Below, piece after piece: positions 53,352 through 64,000 of a stretch of DNA of 64,000 nucleotides. The translations under genes were made by a program, and so were the position numbers. The notes beneath the pieces were generated by a model. That model did no database searches. It was not told the origin of the DNA and saw only the letters and a program-made list of their open reading frames with translations. Every line of letters begins with the position of its first letter. Within the stretch, counting starts at the first letter, position 1. Source of the stretch: Octopus vulgaris (taxonomy: Eukaryota); contig OX597814.1 of the NCBI GenBank assembly GCA_951406725.2, positions 111,972,001-112,036,000 of the forward strand, read 5' to 3'.

Positions 53352-53970
53352 TTTCTTTTTATTCTTTTATTCTTTTAGTAGTTTCGGTCGTAGGACTGCG
53401 GCCATGTTGGTGCACCACCTTAATTTATTTTCTTTCTGTTTTGTTGTTGCTTTATGGCTGGAAGATGGTCTATGATTGAATGTGTAGCAGCTGACCTGCC
53501 CTGAGTGTATCTTTGAATGGTCGGCTGGTTTGCTACCGTCGTTAGGAGTTTGTCTAATTTTTCTTTTAGTATTTCAATACAAGTCTCTTTTATATTTCTG
53601 ATTTCTTTAGGGAGGCAGTTGACCAATTGCGAACGTCTAAATATCAAACTGGTACAATAGAGTGTTTTTGCTCGTGATTTCGATTTGGTATAGTTGGAAG
53701 CTGGCACTATCTACCAATTCGTGTATTAAAATTTTTTCCTATACCAAAATTTGGAACATGCCCTACCAAGATTTTCCACACGTATATGATAGCATATCTC
53801 TCTCTTTGTCGTTCAAGACAGTAGAGACGCAGAGCTTTCAAACGTTCACAGTAATTAAGGCTTTTAACCGAAGTCATTTTACTGGTGTACGTTCTTTGTA
53901 ACCGTTCTGCCTCTTCTATAAGACCGGGAGAGTTTGGAAACCAAAGCTGTGAATAGTAATTTAATGTGCT
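53352..53970 (-). mobile_element. CR1/L2-group LINE 3' end
   Basis: QLVNCLPKEIRNIK...KEKLDKLLTTVANQP...AATHSIIDH C-terminal motif. Tail GGCCGCAGTCCTACGACCGAAACTACTAAAAGAATAAAAGAA. Confidence 0.7.
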
Positions 53971-54207
53971 CAGATCTGACTATATGTTGATGAATCTGCC
54001 TGTAGACCGATAATAATCAACATTACAAAATGTCTGACGAGTTGGTTGGTAGTAAAACATATTGCGTAACGCAGGTTATGTAATCTCGCTTTATGTCATT
54101 AAATATGTGCAAATAAATTGCCATGCTATGGAAACTTGCACAGCATGAAGCTAAAGAAAATGACACTCAATCATTTTTCACTCGCACACACACACACACA
54201 CACACAC

Positions 54208-54240
<33 letters not shown>

Positions 54241-54410
54241 TGTATGTATGTATGAACAACTATATACATAAATGTGTATATTGATGCACATGTATTTATG
54301 CACACACACATACACATACACACGCACACACATTTATAAATAGCCAATTCAAACAAACAATTTAAATAAACGCATAAAAACAAATATATATATATACATA
54401 TACATAGCTA

Positions 54411-54449
<39 letters not shown>

Positions 54450-54451
<2 letters not shown>

Positions 54452-54612
54452 TCTTTTACTTGTTTGAGTCATTTGACTGCGGCCATGCTGAAGCATCACC
54501 TTTAGTCGAACAAATCGAACCCAGGACTTATTCTTTTTAAGCATAGTACTTATTCTATCGATCTCTTTTGCTAGCCACTTGATATGATCGGTATTTTAAA
54601 TAACGATATTAT

Positions 54613-54651
<39 letters not shown>

Positions 54652-54785
54652 ACGGACTTCGTCCAGTTTTCCGTCTACTAAATCTACTCACAAAGCTTTG
54701 GTCGGCCTGAGGCTACAGTAGAAAGACACTTGCCCAAGGTGGCATGTTGAGAAGCGAGCTTCTTACCAGACAGCCACCACCCCAT
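54450..54785 (-). mobile_element. SINE family 1 fragments
   Basis: Reverse complement of tail and body. Confidence 0.75.
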
Positions 54786-54789
54786 AAGA

Positions 54790-55300
54790 CGGAGGAGCTC
54801 CATCCTCTCGCCGTGAAGGAAAAGAAGAAACGTAAAAAGAAGAACGGGACATTGCCAGTGGTTGATGGTGAGCTGCCGGCATGCCCGGAAACTGTGTCAG
54901 TGAGATGTGTGCCACCGACAGAAGAAACAGTGGCCCCTCACAGAAAGAGGAAAGATGATTTTGTCATCTTCTTCTTGAAGGGAGGGGCAGTACAGAGCTT
55001 CGTAGAGAAGGTGGATGACCAGAGAGAGGAGCCCATGCCCTGGACATAGGACGAGAATTGGCCTTCTCCGGTGACTACAAAGGTCATATCGGATGTCGCT
55101 ATGTTCAGGGTGATGGGCGCCTTCTCGAAGGACATGTTCAGATTTGAATTCTGGTGCCCCAACCTGGAACTGGAGCAGTGCCTAAGGGTAGCGTACAGCC
55201 TGGTTGGGGAGGCGGATGATTGAGTTTTTTGAACTATGTTATTATTTGTAATGGACTATGAAGTCCAAAAAATTGAAAAAAATTGTAAAAGCTGTAAGAG
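54790..55300 (+). mobile_element. Possible L1/Tx1-type LINE 3' fragment
   Basis: GC-richer degraded coding-like stretch ending in stop, TGTAA and A-rich 3' UTR. Family assignment is tentative. Confidence 0.3.
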
Positions 55301-55489
55301 GTTTAATATTTCGTTTTGTGTTTGTTTTTTTAAAGGACAATGTTTTAGAGAAGCAAAAGTCGGCAGGCGCTTTTTGTCTTCTCCCATCCTGATCCCCCTT
55401 GTTTCGTTATCATTAATTTCATTAATGTCCTTGTCCAGCCCACAAAGCTACACTCTAAGTACTGCTTTTATGGCAAATATAATGAAATA

Positions 55490-55654
55490 AAGTTGCTTGA
55501 TTATCAACCACATGGTTCCGGGTTCAGTCCCACTGCGTGGCACCTTGTGTGAGTGTCTTCTATTATAGCCTCGGGCCGACCAAAGCCTTGTGAGTGGATT
55601 TGGTAGACTGAAAGAAGCCCGTCGTATATATGTATATATATGTATATGGATGTA

Positions 55655-55687
<33 letters not shown>

Positions 55688-55820
55688 CTGTGTTTGTCTC
55701 CCTAGAATCGCTTGACAACTGGTGCTGGTGTGCTAACGTCCCCGTAACTTAGCGGTTCGGCAAAAGAGACCAATAGAACAAGTACTAGGCTTACAAAGAA
55801 TAAGTCCTGGGGGCGATTTG
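55490..55820 (+). mobile_element. SINE family 1
   Basis: GGTTCAGTCCCACTGCGTGG B-box region and body. Confidence 0.85.
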
Positions 55821-55824
55821 CTGT

Positions 55825-56552
55825 TTTCCATGTCGTCTGCACGCTCGTTCGTGGCTGATAAGGATGATGTGTGATCGACGATTGCAATGATGACAGAGGT
55901 GTGGTTGTCCAGGGTCTGATGATGCAGCAGCATTATTTTTTCGCCTCTGACGTTTGTCTTCAAGAGAGGCACTGCGAGAGATCTCAACGGAGGAAACAGC
56001 ATCGCTTATGTGTATGGTGCCAAGTAACATGGTCAGCTGTTAGAGTGATCCACTCACGATAATCAATGTCACAAACGCTACGGGACTGTTTGAAGCAGTC
56101 CTTGTAACGCTTCTTTGGTGTCCCCCTGTTGCGGTGAGCTCACCGTACATGATGATCTTGGGTAAGTGGTGGTCTTTCATCTTGTCAGTGTATCCTGCCC
56201 AACGTAGTCGTGTCTCCAGTAAAATGGCTACCAGGCTGGTGACTTTTGCTCGCTTGAGGACCTCAGTGTTGGTGATGTAGTCGCTCCAGTACATGTTGAG
56301 GATGGTACGAAGGCAGCGTTGCTGAAAACGTTCCAGGAACCTGACATGACAGCGGTAGGGGACCCAGGACTCAGAGCCATATAGGAGTGTCGTGAGGACG
56401 AAGGCCCTGTAGACTCTGACTTTTGTGCTTATCTTAAGATGCTTCTTATTCCACACACGCTTGTGCAGTCTGCGAAATGCTTTGTTTGCCTTTGCGAGTG
56501 TTTTGTCAATTTCATGAAGAGCCGGTTGGTGTACGACTTCAGTCTTTTTCAA
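55825..56552 (-). mobile_element. RTE (BovB-like) LINE 3' fragment
   Basis: KAFRRLHKRVW..TKVRVYRAFVLTTLLYGSESW..LERFQQRCLRTIL..RLRWAGY..LPKIIMYGEL and C-terminal finger CHHCN...SHERAC. Confidence 0.85.
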
Positions 56553-56579
56553 GTTTATTTCCAGCCCAAATTAAAGAAA

Positions 56580-56780
56580 AAGGAGAAAGAAAAATACAAC
56601 AAGAAAAACACAACAACGTGAGGACGTAGTACATGCAAAGTTTTAATGAGACGCTCAGAGAAGGGAAGAAAGAGTGGTTGGTTTACGCTCCGAGCATAGC
56701 TCTTCTTCGGAAACAGGAGTCAGGAAAGTCAAAAAGAAAAGGTAAAAAATCGCCAACAGTCCACGTTTAGTTACATTTAT
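56580..56780 (-). mobile_element. Family D element
   Basis: Minus strand GTTT-CCGAAGA-AGAGC-TAT-GCTCGGAGCGT-AAAC. Body is homologous to 46975-47178. Confidence 0.6.
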
Positions 56781-56949
56781 AAATATTTTGAGCTTCCACA
56801 CTTTCCTATCTACCAAATTCATTGACAAGGCCCGGAGTCATAGTAGAAAGAACTCGCTCAAGGTGCCACGTACTGGGACCGAACCTGAATCACGTGGTTG
56901 CAAAGCAAGCTTCTTAACCACACAGCCGTGCAATATCTGACCTTCCTTT

Positions 56950-57140
56950 ACGGCAGCAAACTAGCAGAATCGTTAACACGGTGGAGAAAATGCTTAGCGT
57001 CATTGAGCTCAAATTCCACAGAGGTCGACTTAGCCTTTCATCCTTTCAGTGTCGCTAAATAAAGTACCAGTTAAGCCTTGGGATCGATGTAATCAAATTA
57101 GCACTTCCCCGGAATTGCTAGCCTTGCGCCAAAATGTGAA
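56950..57140 (+). mobile_element. SINE family 2, diverged
   Basis: GGTCGACTTAGCCTTTCATCCTTTC...AAGTACCAGTT. Confidence 0.75.
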
Positions 57141-57886
57141 GTCAATATATGACCCTTTATTTTTAAGGCAATGGTATGCGATTTGAGGAAGATTTGATTG
57201 ATATTTCTAGCTGGTCGAAGGACGGCTGCTTTCGTTGCTTCGTAACCAAAAGTAATTAGAATGAATGATGGAGGATGTTGGGGGATAGTTGGATTTAGAT
57301 TTTTATTAAAAGCGGTTCGTAGATTGAAAAGTTAACCGCTTGTAAAGTTAACGCAGCGTGTACTTCCGGCCGCCGTGATTAACATAATGTAAGACCCAGA
57401 TCTATATTTATCAGAAACGTGCAGTTAATGTCGACTACGATGCAATCTCTACCAGCTAAAAGTAATCGGACATCGGCTTAATGGACTGTCATACTAAATG
57501 TCATATAAGACACACAACTACAGCACAGAAGAATGTGTGTCAGTGACAAGGTCAAATGGGTGACGTCGAACGAGATTGATTGGAGTAACTGTGAAAACGA
57601 ATAAAGAATGATTTAAAATGTGAAGGGAAGGCAGTAAAAAGCAACAAGAATGTTCAACATATGACTTTAGAGTGGATCTTACTACAAACAATAGGAGGCA
57701 GTTTAGTAGTTATGAGGTAGAGAATGTTGAATGAAGCTTGCTGTTGTGTGAGAACTGGGTTTATGATAATGCATCATAGAAAAGCTATAATGATTGGCAG
57801 TCAGATAGAATAGAGACAGGCAGGCTGTTAGACGAATGGGCGGATAGATAGATAGGTAGATAGATAGATAGAGACAAATAGATAGG

Positions 57887-57919
<33 letters not shown>

Positions 57920-58129
57920 TGATAGATAGATAGATAAATAGATAGATAGGGACAGATAGCTAGCTAGCTAGATAGATTGATAGATGAATGAAGAGATAAA
58001 TGGACAAGGGAAAAGTGATCAAGTAATTGGAATCTAACGAATGTCTTATAAATAAAGAGTTAAATATTAGATTTAAAATAGATAAATAGATAAATGGATG
58101 AAGATACATACATACATACATACATACAT

Positions 58130-58239
<110 letters not shown>

Positions 58240-58372
58240 GTAGATATTTGTATATATATAAACATATATATATATATAGATATGTATACATATATATAGA
58301 GAGAAATGTATATATAAGTATGTATATGTATATATAGATATGTATATATATATATGCATGTATATGTATATC

Positions 58373-58410
<38 letters not shown>

Positions 58411-58436
58411 TGTATATATACATACACACACACACC

Positions 58437-58474
<38 letters not shown>

Positions 58475-58531
58475 CGCACATATATGTATATATATACCCA
58501 CTCTGTATGCATGTATATCTGTACGTGTACA

Positions 58532-58750
58532 TACGAGGCGGTACTGAAAAGTTTCTGGGTTTGGGTAAAAGAAAATCCAAGTTGATGAGTTAATTATGAT
58601 TTTATTCAGCATATTCCTCACTCAGATTCACACACTAATTGCATTCTTGCAGAGACCCTTCAGTTTTTCTAAGCCCTGTAAAGGAAGTCGGAAGGTTGGG
58701 TCCCCAACCAGGCTTTTCGTGATACTCTTAAAACCAGGGTATCCCTCGTA
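58532..58750. mobile_element. Mariner-derived MITE
   Basis: Ends TACGAGGCGGTACTGAAAAGTT... / ...GTATCCCTCGTA with TA at each terminus. Confidence 0.6.
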
Positions 58751-58789
58751 CACTTATATCGCATGTGTGTGTGTATGTATGTATGTATG

Positions 58790-58851
<62 letters not shown>

Positions 58852-61038
58852 CCTTAAATCCTTAAAAATGTTTTAGCCCGAAAATATTATCATGTGGAGA
58901 ATCCGGTAATGTAATAATAATAGAGGGTAAAATCAATACTCATTTTACCAGGTAGCCAGTGCGGAAACAAAACCTTTAAAGTAAATTTTACAAATTATTT
59001 TGTAATTATATACATAATTATAACAAGTGGTCAGCTTAATGCCTCACCTCGGAGATTTTAAGGTGGTAAAAAGGACCTTAGCGTCTATTTCTAGCAGTGC
59101 ATGGTCATGAATTAAGCTGATCCCTTGTTATAATTATGTATATAATTATAAAATAATTTGTATATATATATAAGTGTGTGTGTATGGGGGGGGGGGGCGT
59201 GCAGTCGATTACACCGAGCCATTATTTGACAGGTGTTTTGTTTGTTGATCACGAAAGGATGGAAGGTGGTGCGTGGCAGGATTGAACCCGAAACCACGTG
59301 GTTGTAAAGTGAGCTCCTTAAGCACGCAACCATGCCTATTATATGGGAATGATGACAAATTTCTTCTGCCGCACAAAGCAACGGATGGAGTGCATCTGTG
59401 CTAAGCTTCTGACAGAAATCTTACTTCCGCCGTCCCATAATGCCCGACGAAAGTGGCAAGGAATACATCCCTCTATGTCCCTCCTCAAACACCTCTCTAC
59501 TAGAGCCTGTGATGGTTTCCACATTCGTCGGTTCTGAACTACCATACACCAGAGCACTACAATTCTTCTAATGGTTTTCTTCAAAAGTTCTATGAGCGTG
59601 GCTAATGCGGACCTCTTGTTGCTTGTTAGGGTCAGCTTTTGGCCTTCTTCCAGAGCTGTCTATTTCTTGTCCAGAGGGAGCAACTGGGTTATTTTTGCAG
59701 CAAGTGCAATAGAGCTGACCTTGCAGCGTATGCAGTCGATACTGCTGCTGCTGTTGTTGTTGTTGTTGTTAAGCAACAAGACAGGTAAGGGTGATTAGGT
59801 GATGGTCTAGGGCTTAGAGGTGGGAGACCCCAGACCTTGGAAAAAAACAACTTTGGTCGTCTTGTTGTAGTCGAGGGCTCTTCGTTGACGCCCAACACCA
59901 CTGGAAGTGGTCCTCGAAGTCGCTGGAAATGGAGATCTCCAGGTCCAAATTCTTGAATGGCTACTGCTGCTGCTGCTGCTACTGCTGCTACTGTTGTTGA
60001 TTATGACGATGACGAGAATAAGGATAACGATAATGCGATGATAATAATGACGACGAGGATGGCGATGATGATAATGATGAAGATAAGTATGAAACAGATG
60101 ATGGTATTGATGACGAGAGCTTTGCTGTTGTTGCTGGTGCTGATGACGACGGCAGTGGCAGCGATAATGATAATGACGATGATGATGTTGCAGTTGCTGC
60201 TGCTGCCGATGATGACGACGATGACGAAGGCGATAATGATAATGATGATGGAGGAACGATAAGTCTTATTTATGATATAAGTTGCTGTTTTTGTGGTTCT
60301 CTCTGCGGATAACCACGAACGTCTGCTCAATCTATTTGTCTCTTCATCTCCCATCGGGATAGAAAACCTCCCTTCCCTCCCCTAGTACCAACCATTTGAC
60401 CTTCCCCCCTTTTCTTCTCTTGAATAAACGACTCTCTTCTCTTTCATTAGATTATCGTTCTTAACGACGCGTGGAGCGAACGAAATCAATCTTGATGATG
60501 GCTCTCTACTTCATAAAGGAAACGGGAGGCTATGACCGTTGCAGTTCTCTCCCCGCCGTTTTTTCCGGAAGAGCCGCAAACGAGCCGAGGGAGCCTTTCG
60601 ATTAGTTGGCCCCGTATTGAAGTTGGTAAGCCCTTTGACAGGCGACTTCCGTTGGAGACAATGAGGTGAATACTCTAAACGAGAACGTACGGGAAATATA
60701 ATATGGAGATGAAGAAAGAGCGAAGAAAGGAAAAGTAGTGAAGCTATTTAAGAAGGAGAGATAGATAAACAGATAGAGTAAGAAAGGGAGCGAAGTGGAG
60801 GAGGGAGAAAATAAGACATTAAGGGAGGCGAAGAAACTAGGGTTTAGACGAAGGAGAGAAAGGTGTAAAGCAGTCATGCTCAGTTTAGTTTAAGACGTTG
60901 TACACTTGACTGGCTTTCTGACCCATTCGTGCTGGGCACGCGCCGAAACTGTCTTTTCGAGAGCTTTTCATATAATGGAGGGGGAAAACTGAAGAAGGGA
61001 AATTAATAAAGACAGCGAGGGTGGGTGGAGAAAGAATG

Positions 61039-61089
<51 letters not shown>

Positions 61090-61535
61090 AAAACAAAGGA
61101 ATTCCCTCGACGATTTCTTTATTTATTTATGTTTCCTCCCACCCTCACCCTTTCGATCGATTGTTTCTCACATCTCTCTCTCTCTCTCCTCCTCTGACTT
61201 TCTCTCTCTCAACATCATCATCATCATCACCACCATACTGGTTTCCTATCACTTAATATAAACAAAGTTATTAGCCGCCAACGCAGTGAGTTAAGACTCC
61301 GGGTCAGTCTTTGTGCACTGAGGCGTACGATTACCCAGGCACGATACACACACACACACACACACACACACAAACCCCAACACATACATACACTCCCACA
61401 CACACACTCCAACACACATACACACACATACGCACTCAGAAACAAGTACTACCAGCACCTCATCACGTCCTCTCTCTTTACTTAACGTGGCATGCTGCTG
61501 CTGCTACTACTACTACTACTACTACCACCATCACC

Positions 61536-61616
<81 letters not shown>

Positions 61617-62099
61617 GCTACTGCTACTGCTACTGCTGCTGCTGCTACCGCCGCCACCACCACCACCACCACCACCACTACTACTACTACTGTTGCTGCC
61701 TCCTAAGAATATCGTTGTATGCGTGAGTGTGTGTGGTGTACGTGTCCGCGCGTATTTGTGTTGTGTCATTGTGTGTGTGTGTGTGTGTTGGAGTGTTTTC
61801 CTGAAGCTATAATGCAATGGACGGCTTCTTTAATTGACCAGTGACTTCATATACTCCAGTGCTGATATCACAAAAGCGCTGATAGGGTCAAGTACAAAGT
61901 CAATAGATAAACAATGACCCCTGGGCATTATGGGACCCTTCACCGTTATATGATAAGTGTTGTGTGAATATTAAACTGTTTAATGTACGGTGTATTACAT
62001 CAACAATAATTCAAATTTAGACACAAGGTCTCCCAGTCATGCCCCAACATCACTTCGATGGCGTCTGGTGCTCTCTCACACAACAACAACAACAACAAC

Positions 62100-62167
<68 letters not shown>

Positions 62168-62168
62168 C

Positions 62169-62227
<59 letters not shown>

Positions 62228-62229
<2 letters not shown>

Positions 62230-62643
62230 TCTACTCTAGGCACAAGGCCTTGAAAATTTTTTGTGGAAGATGTGGGGGGAGTGGGAGGTGATAGTCTATT
62301 ACATCAACCCTAGTGCATAACTGGTACTTAATTCATACACCCCGAAAGGATGAAAGGCAAAGTCGACCTCGGCGGAATTTGGACTCAGAACGTAACGGCA
62401 GGCGAATTACCTAATTCTTTACTACCCACAAGGGGCTAAACACAGAGAGGACAAACAATGACAGACAAACGGATTAAGTCGATTATATCGACCTCAGTGC
62501 GCGACTGGTACTTAATTTATCGACCCCTAAAGGATGAAAGGCAAAGTCGACCTCGGCGGAATTTGAACTCAGAATGTAGCGGCAGGCGAAATACCGCTAA
62601 GCATTTCGCCCGGCGTGCTAACGACTCTACCGGCTCGTCGCCC
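62228..62643 (-). mobile_element. SINE family 2 dimer
   Basis: Head, two central-domain units and tail running into (AAT)n. Confidence 0.85.
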
Positions 62644-62645
62644 TC

Positions 62646-62715
<70 letters not shown>

Positions 62716-62744
62716 TAATAATAATAATGATAATGATGATGCAA

Positions 62745-63249
62745 TACCCATGCCCTGATGCAGTACCAGGCAGTGGCTCTCATGGCTTCTGAACTCAACT
62801 GATTGGAAGTGTTATCATGTACATTGCTTTGTCTTGGTATAAAAGATGGGCTACAGCAAATATTCTGCTTAATACCACAGATTTGCTTGTCAGTTGCTTA
62901 ACCATAACCAGTTGAGCATGTCTCTTAGTGGCTGACGATATGTGCATCTCTGATCACAAGCAGAAGTAGTGGGGGAGCATCATAGCCATGTATTGAGAGG
63001 GATTCTTTGGGGTTTTGATAATTCAGCTCCGGGAATTTGGGTGTTTCGTTCATCATCCTTAAACAACCCTTATTCAGGGATATTTTTAGCGGGATGGGCT
63101 ACTCGACCTGAAAAGAATTGCAACTGGGCTCCACCTGCAAGGTCATGCGCTGTTTATCTTGATATAAGATCACCATGTCGCGCACAGACGGGTAGTCATG
63201 ATGGGTATACTGGGCTTCGTATATTTGCCTCTGCACTGCTCTCTCACTC

Positions 63250-63250
<1 letters not shown>
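62745..63250 (+). mobile_element. Unclassified (TAA)n-associated repeat
   Basis: Homologous to 19760-20192 and followed by (ATA)n. Confidence 0.7.
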
Positions 63251-63290
<40 letters not shown>

Positions 63291-63339
63291 GAAGAAGAAG
63301 AAGAAGAAGAAGAAAAAAAAAAAAGAAGAAGAATGATTT

Positions 63340-63542
63340 CAACTTTTGTTACAAGGCCAGCAATTTTGAGGAAGGGTAAGACGATTACATCGGCCCCAGT
63401 GTTCAACTGGCACCTATTTTACCGATCCCGAATGGGTGAAAGGAAACTCAACCGTAGCAGAATTTGAGCTCAGAGCGTAAGGACGAACGAAATACCATAA
63501 AACGTTTTGACCGGCATGCTAACTATTTTGCCAGCTCGCCCC
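63340..63542 (-). mobile_element. SINE family 2, diverged
   Basis: Reverse complement of head GGCGAGCTGGC and central domain. Confidence 0.7.
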
Positions 63543-63629
63543 CAAAGAAATTAGAAACTTATTACTATCAAGGGTTATATCATTAGAGAATCTGAAACGA
63601 TTTGTTTTCTGCCAATCAAAGCGGAGTGA

Positions 63630-63830
63630 TGGAAAATTTCTGACCCATAACACTGCCTGATACAGAATTCAAGATTGTGGCAAAGGCGTTCGCCAAGAGG
63701 CCAACATTTGTGAGTAGCGTCGTCGGAGAGGCTCAGACCTATGCAATCCCAGGCAGATCTATCCATGCCAACCGTTTTCACATGTGTTACATCGTGAGAT
63801 CGGGTCTGTAATAGATTTGCAAAAGTGTTG
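63630..63830 (+). mobile_element. L1/Tx1-type reverse transcriptase fragment
   Basis: PITLPDTEFKIVAKAFAKR ... VVGEAQTYAIPGRSIHAN (RT motifs 1-2), frameshifted. Confidence 0.65.
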
Positions 63831-63904
63831 CGGCGCAGGGTATCCTGAATGACGGAAAACGTGAAAGTTAATGTGTGCACTTTATACGAAAATTCCATAA
63901 TGTA

Positions 63905-64000
63905 GGCGTAGGCGTGGTTGTGTGGTAAGTAGCTTGCTTACGAGCCACATGGTTTCGGGCTCAGTCCCACTGCGTGGCATCTTGGGCAAGTGTCTTCTAC
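63905..64000 (+). mobile_element. SINE family 1 head (runs off window)
   Basis: AGGCGTGGTTGTGTGGTAAGTAGC...CAGTCCCACTGCGTGG...GGGCAAGTGTCTTCTAC. Confidence 0.85.

Noticed and set aside
59340-59955. Coding-like GC-richer stretch
   Set aside because: It has stops and shifts in all frames and no motif I can assign. Possibly a decayed retroelement.

Overview
AT-rich, microsatellite-saturated eukaryotic DNA. The SINE repertoire looks like Octopus (inferred from recalled repeat families, not searched). I find no credible host protein-coding exon; nearly all supplied ORFs are translations of simple repeats. The window is a patchwork of tRNA-derived SINEs, decayed LINEs (R4/Dong-like in (TAA)n, RTE, CR1-like, Tx1), Tc1/mariner relics, a 5S rRNA pseudogene and a TSD-flanked bipartite RTE derivative. 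The main result is a set of small non-coding elements carrying type I hammerhead ribozymes (HHRs) with palindromic stem III. The best are a pristine 506-bp unit with three HHR copies (41544-42963) and a ~355-360-bp unit with a U3-A8 core variant and covarying stem I (36670-37212, 11-bp TSD; 42985-43357). These insert as circularly permuted, often longer-than-unit arms joined head-to-head with 3' ends facing outward, mostly into (TA)n. This is consistent with retrozyme/Penelope-type elements copied from circular or multimeric RNA. Ribozyme activity and circRNA formation are inferred, not shown.
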